Shown in pieces: positions 24,272 through 31,439 of a stretch of 38,710 nucleotides of DNA. The position numbers were made by a program, and so were the translations under genes. Numbering within the stretch: the stretch's first letter is position 1; every line of letters starts with the position of its first letter. This DNA is from a virus (taxonomy: Duplodnaviria > Caudoviricetes), in the IMG/VR virus record IMGVR_UViG_3300044260_000033, positions 1 through 38,710 of that record. One strand, given 5' to 3'. The notes below the pieces were generated by a model. It did not search any database. It was given only the letters and a program-made list of their open reading frames with translations, and was not told the DNA's origin.

Positions 24272-26202
24272 GCCTGATGCTCGACGCGGCCGACGCGCCG
24301 TTCCGGATCACCGCGCCGATAGAGCACATCACCAAGCTGGACGACGGGACGCTGCTCGCGCACGTCGTCGTCACGTCGGAGCGGCCGGACAGCCAGGGCG
24401 AGGTCGTCGACTACGACGGGTTCAAGGCTGCCGCTCCCGGCCTGATGAAGTGGGCCGTGCTCGGCCAGATGCACGACCCGGACCGGAGCGACGCCGGGAC
24501 GATCCTCCGGCTCTATCTCGACGACGAGGCGCGCAAGGCCGAGGCCGACATCCACGTCGTCGACCCCGTCGCGGTCCGGAAGGTCCTCAGCCGGGTGTAC
24601 AAGGCGGTGTCGCTCGGCGGGACGAAGCTCGCGGTCCGAGCCGACGTCGTCGCCGGCCGGCCGGTCCGGCGCATCGTGAAGATGATCGCCGAGGAGCTGT
24701 CGCTCTGCCCCGTCGGAGCGAACCTCGACGCCGTGATCGCTAAGCAGTACGTGCTCGCGAAGCGCGGCGACGCTCCGGCCGACCTCTCCGAGGAGGACCG
24801 GCACGCGCTCGTCGACGCGGCCCGCGAGTTCCTCGCGAAGGCGGAGGCGGCCGACCCGGACGTCGGCGGCGGTCGCGTCCGGTCGAAGATCCCGAGCAAG
24901 GACTTCGTGTTCCCGGAGGACGCGCCGGACGGCGGGTTCCCGATCACCAACCAGGGCGACCTCGACGACGCCGTCTCCTCGTGGGGGCGGTATAAGGGTC
25001 CGCACTCGTTCGACGAGTTCAAGAGTCGGGTCAAGCGCATCGCCCGTCGCAAGGGGCTCTCGCTCCCGCAGGCGTGGCAGGAGGAGAAGAAGATGGCCAA
25101 GGCCGCACGGAGGGCCGCCGATGCGGCCGAGCCCGAGACGACGGGGGAGCCGATCGTGAAGGCCGCTCCACCGCCGGACGACGCTAAGGACGGCGACGGC
25201 GGCGACGCCAAGCCTCCGTTCCCCGGCGCCAAGCCGCCGATCAAGGGCGGGAAGAAGGCCGCTCGCAAGGCGCGCAAGATGGCCAAGGCCGAGGCCCGCA
25301 AGGCGCGGCTCGCCAAGGCCGAGCGGTTCGCCAAGGGCAAGAACAAGACGATCAAGATGCTCGCCGAGGCGCTGGAGGCCGTCACCTGCGCTATCTCCGA
25401 GGAGTCGGACGAGGGCGACGCCGAGGCGGTCAAGGCACTGACCGGGATCGCCGACGGTCTCCACGAGCAGCTGATGACCGAGGCGGCCGAGGTCCACCCG
25501 GACGACGGCGACGACGACGACGACGTGGAGCCGATGGACGTCGACGACGAGACCGCGATGGCGTACGCCAAGGCTCGCCGGCGCGCGGCCGACCGCGCTC
25601 CGCGGCTCGCGAAGCGCCTGCGGAAGCAGGCGAAGGCCACAGCGGCGCTCCGCAAGAGCCGCCGGTCCCTGCGGTCCGAGCGGAGCCAGCTCCGCAAGGC
25701 CGCGTTCCTGACGTCGGTCCTGACCAAGAGCGGGTCGCGCAACTCCAAGAGCGACCTCGCGAAGATCGACGCGATCCACGCGGCGACCGTCGACCTCGGG
25801 ACGACGGCGCACCGGATCGCCGAGGAGCCGCCCTCCGGCGACCTCCCGGCGGCCGACCCAATGACGAAGTCATCGACCAGCCTGGCAGACCAGATGCGAG
25901 AGGCCCTGCAGGGCGTGCTCCCGGCCGAGAAGCTGACCGCGCTAGAGGCGAGGCTCGCCGCGCTCGACGAGAAGTCGGACGCACAGGGCGGGATCCTCGC
26001 GAAGATCGCGAAGCAGCCGACGGACGGCGGCCCGTACACCGCAGTACTCCGCGGCCCCCAGCCGGAACCGGAGGGGGAGACCCGCGGCGACCTGCTCGCG
26101 AAGGCGGCCACGCTGATCGACGACCCGCGCCTGCGAGAGCAGGTCTCATCGGCCGCGGCGCTGGAGATGATCCAGCGCGGTCGGTCGTCCACCAACACCT
26201 AG
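24268..26202 (+). CDS. Prohead protease / scaffold fusion
   Basis: DSQGEVV, QMH, KVLSRVYKAVSLGG, EELSLCPVGAN (HK97-type protease); long charged helical C-terminus. Confidence 0.75.
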   Translation: MSLMLDAADAPFRITAPIEHITKLDDGTLLAHVVVTSERPDSQGEVVDYDGFKAAAPGLMKWAVLGQMHDPDRSDAGTILRLYLDDEARKAEADIHVVDPVAVRKVLSRVYKAVSLGGTKLAVRADVVAGRPVRRIVKMIAEELSLCPVGANLDAVIAKQYVLAKRGDAPADLSEEDRHALVDAAREFLAKAEAADPDVGGGRVRSKIPSKDFVFPEDAPDGGFPITNQGDLDDAVSSWGRYKGPHSFDEFKSRVKRIARRKGLSLPQAWQEEKKMAKAARRAADAAEPETTGEPIVKAAPPPDDAKDGDGGDAKPPFPGAKPPIKGGKKAARKARKMAKAEARKARLAKAERFAKGKNKTIKMLAEALEAVTCAISEESDEGDAEAVKALTGIADGLHEQLMTEAAEVHPDDGDDDDDVEPMDVDDETAMAYAKARRRAADRAPRLAKRLRKQAKATAALRKSRRSLRSERSQLRKAAFLTSVLTKSGSRNSKSDLAKIDAIHAATVDLGTTAHRIAEEPPSGDLPAADPMTKSSTSLADQMREALQGVLPAEKLTALEARLAALDEKSDAQGGILAKIAKQPTDGGPYTAVLRGPQPEPEGETRGDLLAKAATLIDDPRLREQVSSAAALEMIQRGRSSTNT

Positions 26203-26217
26203 CAGGAGCCCCGACCG

Positions 26218-27702
26218 ATGGAACAGGTCGACGGGTTCACGACCGAGTCGCAGCTCAAGGCCCTCGCTGAGGTCAACGCCCTCCGCTCCCAGGTCAACGA
26301 GCAGTTCGGCAAGGCCGGGAACACGACCACGACCGGCATCACGACCGGGACCGGGCTCGTCTCGATCCCCCTCGAGGCGCCGGCCAAGTCCCTGTACAGC
26401 GTCTACACCCGCCTCCGGCAGCGCGTCCCGCGCGAGTCGGACGGGAAGGGTGGTCTCTCGATCACCTGGCGCGCACTGACGAGCATCTACAACGGTGGAT
26501 ACGACGCCGGCATCGCAGAGGGTGCCGTCGGCTCCACCGTCCAGTTCACGGAGGCCGACGTCTCGGCCGCGTACAAGACCCTCGGCCGGCTCGCCTCGGC
26601 GACCTACGAGGCCATCAGCGCCTCGCAGACGTTCGACGACGTCGTGTCGAAGGCCACGCTCGGCGGCCTGCAGAACCTGCAGGTGTCCGAGGAGCTGTCG
26701 ATCATCGGCGGCTGCGCGACCGGGATCGCCAAGCCCGGCGCCCTGTCGTTCGCCGACACGGTCGCGGCCGGAGCCGGGAGCCTGACGCCGTCCACCGCGT
26801 ACTACTACGCGGTCTCGGCGGTCACCCTGCTCGGGACCGACTGGGTCAACGGGACCGGCGCCCGCGGCATCGTCTCGGCGGTCGACTCGCCGAACGAGAC
26901 CGACGCCGTGACCGGCAACCACACGACGACCGGGTCGGGCGCAGGCTCGACGGCGACGGTCGTCAACTGGGCGGCCGTCCCCGGCGCGTTCGCGTACAAC
27001 GTGTACGTGGGCACGACGAGCACCGTCCACTTCCGGGCCCAGGTGACCGTGAACACGTTCACCCTGAGCACGGCTCCGTCCGGGACGGGTAACCTCCCGA
27101 ACGCGGCGAACCAGACGGCCAACGCGCTCCAGTTCGACGGCATCGTGACGCAGGCGGCCCTCGCCTCCGGCGCGCTGCTGAAGGACATGGCCGGCGCGTC
27201 CCTGACCGCCGGCACCGGCTCGGTCAACGAGATCGACGCGATGCTGGAGACCCTCTTCCGGACCCCGAAGGTCGCGCCGAGCCTCCTGCTCGTCTCCGGC
27301 CACGAGGCCCAGACGATCCGCAACCTGGTCCTCTCGGCCGGGACGTCGGTCTCCACGCAGCGGTTCAACGTCGACGTCGGACCGGACGGCGCCATCCGCG
27401 CCGGCTCCATCTTCATGGAGTACACCAATCCGTTCTTCCCCGGCCAGCCCATCGAGGTCATGGCGCACCCGTACATGCCGCAGGGCACGGCGGTCGTCCT
27501 GACCGAGAAGCTCCCGCCCTGGTACCCGAACGCGAACGTGCCGAGCACGTGGGCGGTCGACACCCGGCGTGAGTTCTACAGCATCGAGTACGCGATCGCG
27601 ACGTCGTCCGGCCGCGTCAAGCCCATCGGCGTGTACGTCGAGGAGGTCCTCAAGGGGTACGCCCCGACGTTCACCGGCGTCATCCAGGGCATCGGCGCAT
27701 AG
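26218..27702 (+). CDS. Major capsid protein with Ig/FN3-like insertion
   Basis: Follows protease/scaffold; LEAPAKSLY...LRQRVPR, EVMAHPYMPQGT, YVEEVL..YAP; internal YYYAVSAV...VNWAAVPGAFAYNVYVGT. Confidence 0.8.
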   Translation: MEQVDGFTTESQLKALAEVNALRSQVNEQFGKAGNTTTTGITTGTGLVSIPLEAPAKSLYSVYTRLRQRVPRESDGKGGLSITWRALTSIYNGGYDAGIAEGAVGSTVQFTEADVSAAYKTLGRLASATYEAISASQTFDDVVSKATLGGLQNLQVSEELSIIGGCATGIAKPGALSFADTVAAGAGSLTPSTAYYYAVSAVTLLGTDWVNGTGARGIVSAVDSPNETDAVTGNHTTTGSGAGSTATVVNWAAVPGAFAYNVYVGTTSTVHFRAQVTVNTFTLSTAPSGTGNLPNAANQTANALQFDGIVTQAALASGALLKDMAGASLTAGTGSVNEIDAMLETLFRTPKVAPSLLLVSGHEAQTIRNLVLSAGTSVSTQRFNVDVGPDGAIRAGSIFMEYTNPFFPGQPIEVMAHPYMPQGTAVVLTEKLPPWYPNANVPSTWAVDTRREFYSIEYAIATSSGRVKPIGVYVEEVLKGYAPTFTGVIQGIGA

Positions 27703-27706
27703 CCGA

Positions 27707-27751
27707 GAGCGGACGGTCCCGGCCTGGCCCTCCCGGCCGGGACCGCTCCGC
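27707..27751 (+). terminator. Stem-loop after the major capsid gene
   Basis: CGGTCCCGGCC 27714-27724 / GGCCGGGACCG 27735-27745, extended by GCGGA/TCCGC; no U tract. Confidence 0.5.
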
Positions 27752-27768
27752 GGCAAGAGGAGGCCAAG

Positions 27769-28038
27769 ATGGCCAAGTATCGGTTCACTGGTCCGGAGCC
27801 CCGCGACGACGTCCCGGCGTCGTTCGAAGAGGGCGTCATCGCTCCGTGGACGCTCGCCGAGCTGATCGACGCCGGCCACGTCGAGCGTCTCGACGCTCCC
27901 GCTCCCGCTCCCGTCCCGGAGCCTGCTCCGGAGCCTGCGCCGGCGCCTGAAGACGCCACGAAGGCCACAGCTACGGTCGGCGCGCGGCGTCCGTCCCGCC
28001 CGGCCGCTCCGGCTCGTCCCGCGGCTCGGAAGCGGTAG
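27769..28038 (+). CDS. Small Pro/Ala-rich protein
   Basis: AGAGGAGG RBS; typical small gene after the capsid gene. Confidence 0.6.
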   Translation: MAKYRFTGPEPRDDVPASFEEGVIAPWTLAELIDAGHVERLDAPAPAPVPEPAPEPAPAPEDATKATATVGARRPSRPAAPARPAARKR

Positions 28039-28047
28039 CCCGAACCG

Positions 28048-28677
28048 ATGAGCGCGTACTGCTCGCTGGCCGACGTCAAGCAGAGGATGTCAGGTGACGT
28101 CCCGACGATGTCGACCGCGTTCGACAACACGATCACCGCGCTCATCACGGACATCTCCGACACCATCGACGACGAGATCCGGCAGCTCCGCGCGCAGCCC
28201 GACGGGTGGACGATCCTCCCCGGCTCGCCGACGACGAGGCGCTACACCGGCTCGCCCTACCCCGGCTCCGACCTCCTGCTGATCGACGACGCGGTCGCGG
28301 TCTCGTCGGTCGCGCTGCTCGACGTCACGGGGAACGTCGTCCAGACGCTCGTCGCCGGGACCGACTGGCTCCCGTTCCCCCTGAACACCCTCCCGATCAT
28401 CGGCCTGACGATGACGCGGAACCGCTGGCCGTCGAACGCCGGCGGCGTGCAGGTCGGGCTGACGCCCGGCTACTCGGCGACGGTCCCGACGGACCTGAAG
28501 CTGGCGACGGTGGACGAGGTCATCCGCGCGTACCGCTCCGGACTCGCCGGCGAGACCGACACCGTCGGCATCGAGCCGTTCCGGCCGCAGCCGCTGACGC
28601 GCGCACTGCTCGCGAGCACCTACCGCGCGATCCACCGATACCGGCTCGGCTCGTCGTTCCTCCGGAGCCCGTCGTGA
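28048..28677 (+). CDS. Head-tail adaptor (gp6/gp15-like)
   Basis: AYCSLADVK...ALITDISDTID...GYSATVPTDLKLA. Confidence 0.75.
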   Translation: MSAYCSLADVKQRMSGDVPTMSTAFDNTITALITDISDTIDDEIRQLRAQPDGWTILPGSPTTRRYTGSPYPGSDLLLIDDAVAVSSVALLDVTGNVVQTLVAGTDWLPFPLNTLPIIGLTMTRNRWPSNAGGVQVGLTPGYSATVPTDLKLATVDEVIRAYRSGLAGETDTVGIEPFRPQPLTRALLASTYRAIHRYRLGSSFLRSPS

Positions 28678-29099
28678 TCGTCGTCGAGCGCATCCCGCAG
28701 GTCACGGCCGCGCTCGTCGCGGCCGGCGAGGTGAAGATCCCGCAGGCCGTCCGGCGCGTCACCGTCGAGGGCGCCAAGCCGCTCCGCGCGGCGATCCGCG
28801 CCGAGGCTCCCGTCGGGAAGCGAGCGCGGCCGGCGCAGAACGACACGCCGGGGAACCTCCGGCGGTCGGTCCGGTACAAGGCATCGCGCGGCTCCAAGGG
28901 CGAGCGGTACACGGTCGGCGCGTTCGGACGCGGCTCCGCGCACCGCGGGCTCGTGATCTACGGCCACGAGAAGCGCGGAGGCGGCGGCCGGACGCGGGCC
29001 AACAGCTTCGTCGAGCGCGGCGGTCAGGCGGCCGAGGGCGCGGCGGTCGCCGCGATCAACGCGGCCGCGACGGCGGCGATCAAGGCGGCGATCGGATGA
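28674..29099 (+). CDS. HK97 gp10-like tail completion protein
   Basis: IRAEAPV...TPGNLRRSV...LVIYGH...RANSFV. Confidence 0.7.
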   Translation: MIVVERIPQVTAALVAAGEVKIPQAVRRVTVEGAKPLRAAIRAEAPVGKRARPAQNDTPGNLRRSVRYKASRGSKGERYTVGAFGRGSAHRGLVIYGHEKRGGGGRTRANSFVERGGQAAEGAAVAAINAAATAAIKAAIG

Positions 29100-29578
29100 G
29101 CAGCGCGATCGCGGCGGTCGTCGACTACACTGCGGCGCTCGCGGCCGGCATCGCGGGCGTCGCTCTCCCGAACGGCTCGACGGTCGGGGTCCGGTCCGTG
29201 TACGGCGCCGGCCAGGGCGTGATCCTCGACCCGCTCCGGCCGGGAGCGTTCGTCCAGCCGGTCCCGGACGCGCCAACGGAGCCGTTCGTCCACTGGTCGC
29301 GGCTCCCGGACGCGCCGACGATCGAGTGGGTCTCGATGCAGTCCGTCGAGCTGACGTGGACCGTCCCGATGCGGCTCTGGCTCCCGCGGTCCGACTCGGC
29401 GACGGCGGCGCAGACGGCGCTCCCGTTCTATGACGCGTATCTGGCGAGGTTCACTCCGGACTACACTCTCGGCGGGATGGTGCTCCGGTCGTCGATCAAG
29501 TCGATGAAGCCCGACACGGACGAGTCGTGGTTCTGGCTCGACGTCGAGCTGGAGGTCGTGGAGGTGGTGGTCTACTGA
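29096..29578 (+). CDS. Putative tail terminator
   Basis: Position and size; D.TLGG.V motif and C-terminal beta strand. Confidence 0.55.
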   Translation: MSSAIAAVVDYTAALAAGIAGVALPNGSTVGVRSVYGAGQGVILDPLRPGAFVQPVPDAPTEPFVHWSRLPDAPTIEWVSMQSVELTWTVPMRLWLPRSDSATAAQTALPFYDAYLARFTPDYTLGGMVLRSSIKSMKPDTDESWFWLDVELEVVEVVVY

Positions 29579-29787
29579 TGGACGGCTACGAGGAGCTGGA
29601 GCGGCTCGGCCAGCCCTACTGGCAGTGCTCGACGTGCCCCTACGGCTCGATGAACCGCTCGCTGACCGAGGCGCACGTCCGAGACCACGCGCCCCGAGTG
29701 ACCCTCGAGGAACGGCTGGCCGCCGAGCAGGCTCCGGCCGAGGCGCCGGTCGTCGCCTCCCCACCCACGCCCCGAAGGAGGAGATGA
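29578..29787 (+). CDS. Small protein with a C2H2 zinc finger
   Basis: YWQCSTCPYGSMNRSLTEAHVRDH = C-x2-C-x12-H-x3-H; GGAGG RBS, TGATG overlap. Confidence 0.6.
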   Translation: MDGYEELERLGQPYWQCSTCPYGSMNRSLTEAHVRDHAPRVTLEERLAAEQAPAEAPVVASPPTPRRRR

Positions 29788-29790
29788 TCC

Positions 29791-30165
29791 ATGGCCCGAA
29801 CCGCCCTAGCAATCCAGCAGCCGCCGGGAGCGTACCCGGCCCTGCCGCTCGGGGCTCTCGCCGCGCAGCTGACGTTCGCCGCGTCGACGGGGACCCCCAA
29901 CTTCGACGGGTTCGTCTCGACCGGCCGCGAGGTGCTCGTCTGCTACAACAGCGGCGGCGCACCGGCGACGGTGACGGTCCACTCGGTCGCCGACGCGCTC
30001 CAGCGGACCGGCGACATCACGTCCTACTCCGTCCCGGCCGGAGCGTGGGCGATCCTCGGCCCGTTCTACCAGTCGGGCTGGAAGCAGTCGGACGGCACCA
30101 TCTGGGTCGACACGTCGGCGACGACGCTCCAGCTGGCGGTCGTTCGGCTCCCGTCGATCCCGTAG
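29791..30165 (+). CDS. Hypothetical structural protein
   Basis: AAGGAGGAG RBS; beta-rich; upstream of the tail tube gene. Confidence 0.65.
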   Translation: MARTALAIQQPPGAYPALPLGALAAQLTFAASTGTPNFDGFVSTGREVLVCYNSGGAPATVTVHSVADALQRTGDITSYSVPAGAWAILGPFYQSGWKQSDGTIWVDTSATTLQLAVVRLPSIP

Positions 30166-30184
30166 CAGGAGAGGGTACACGCTG

Positions 30185-30619
30185 ATGGCAAGCAACGCGG
30201 TCGCCGGCCCCGGCTGGCTACTCCAGCACAGCGCACTCGGGGCCGGCATCTACACGACGGTCACCGAGGTCAAGGACATCAAGGGCCCCGCACAGGCGCT
30301 CGACACGGACGAGATCACGAACCAGTCGAGCCCGAACCAGTACAAGGAGTTCATCGCGACGCTGCTCGACGGCGGCGAGGTCACCTTCCAGTGCGTCTGG
30401 GTCCCCGGCGACGCGACGCAGGACTCGATCACGGGCCTGCTCTCGTGGATGCAGAGCCGCGGTCTCCAGGACTGGAAGCTCGTCCCGCCCGGCACGTACT
30501 CCTCGCACGTCCTGACGTGGAGCGCGTACGTCACCAAGTGGGACACGGCCGCTCCGGTCGGGAAGCACGCGACCATCGACGTCACGCTCCGGATCACGGG
30601 ACCCGTCGCGACGGCGTAA
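30185..30619 (+). CDS. Major tail (tube) protein
   Basis: VTEVKDIKGP...YKEFIATLLDGGEVTFQ...AYVTKW...TLRITG, lambda gpV-like. Confidence 0.85.
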   Translation: MASNAVAGPGWLLQHSALGAGIYTTVTEVKDIKGPAQALDTDEITNQSSPNQYKEFIATLLDGGEVTFQCVWVPGDATQDSITGLLSWMQSRGLQDWKLVPPGTYSSHVLTWSAYVTKWDTAAPVGKHATIDVTLRITGPVATA

Positions 30620-30634
30620 CAGGAGGCGGCCAGC

Positions 30635-30844
30635 ATGGCCGGAGGCTACGGGCGCTCACTGCTCGTCTGGCGGGACGGTCCCGACGGCGTTGGCGACACG
30701 CCGGCGACCGTCCTGCCAGCGATCATCGAGCGGCTACGGGAGCTGAACCGACGCGAGGCGGCTCGTGAGCTGTCCCTCGCGATCACGCACACCGAGGAGG
30801 CTCTCCACTGGCTGGAGGCTCTCGACAAGAGGAGGTCAAGATGA
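30635..30844 (+). CDS. Acb2/Tad1-like cyclic-nucleotide sponge protein
   Basis: WRDGP...VLPAIIERL...RELSLAITHTEEALHWL; AGGAGG RBS. Confidence 0.6.
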   Translation: MAGGYGRSLLVWRDGPDGVGDTPATVLPAIIERLRELNRREAARELSLAITHTEEALHWLEALDKRRSR

Positions 30845-31266
30845 CCGCTCTGACACGCGACGCGATCCTCGAGGCGGACGACCGCATCGTCGAGCAGGTG
30901 GAGGTCCCGGAGTGGGGCGGCCACGTGTTCGTCCGCTCGCTCTCCGGCGCGGAGCGCGACGCATACGAGTCGGGGATCGCGAGCATCCGCTGGTCCGGGA
31001 CCAAGCCGACCGTCGAGTCGAACCGCGCGAACGTCCGCGCTCGGCTCGTCGCGATGGCGACGGTCGACGAGAACGGCCGGAACCTGTTCACGGACAAGGA
31101 CGTCCTGATCCTCGGGCAGAAGAACGCGGCCGCGCTGGAGCGCGTGTTCACGGTCGCGCAGCGGCTCTCCGGCCTCTCCGACGAGGACGTGGAGGAGCTG
31201 AAGGAGCAGCTGGGAAACGCCCCGAGCGACGGTTCTGGTTCGTCCTCGCCCGAGACCTCGGCATGA
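30841..31266 (+). CDS. Tail assembly chaperone (G-like)
   Basis: LTRDAIL...VEVPEWGGHVFVRSLSGAERDAYE...VDENG. Confidence 0.85.
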   Translation: MTALTRDAILEADDRIVEQVEVPEWGGHVFVRSLSGAERDAYESGIASIRWSGTKPTVESNRANVRARLVAMATVDENGRNLFTDKDVLILGQKNAAALERVFTVAQRLSGLSDEDVEELKEQLGNAPSDGSGSSSPETSA

Positions 31267-31439
31267 GCGTCGCCGAGGCGCAGGCTCGCATCAGCTCCCG
31301 CGAGTACGCGGAGTGGATCGCGTTCTATGCGCTCTCGGCCGAGGAGCCGGAGCCGTCGGACGACGAGATGGCCGCCAAGGCAGCCGCGTTCGCCGGCCGG
31401 TTCCGTGATCCGGGGACCGTCAGTCAGGAGCGTCGATGA
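31212..31439 (+). CDS. Tail assembly chaperone -1 frameshift extension (GT-like)
   Basis: Slippery G GGA AAC at 31212-31218; -1 frame reads RRFWFVLARDLGMSVAE...ISSREYAEWIAFY up to the TMP start. Confidence 0.8.
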   Translation, partial: GKRPERRFWFVLARDLGMSVAEAQARISSREYAEWIAFYALSAEEPEPSDDEMAAKAAAFAGRFRDPGTVSQERR

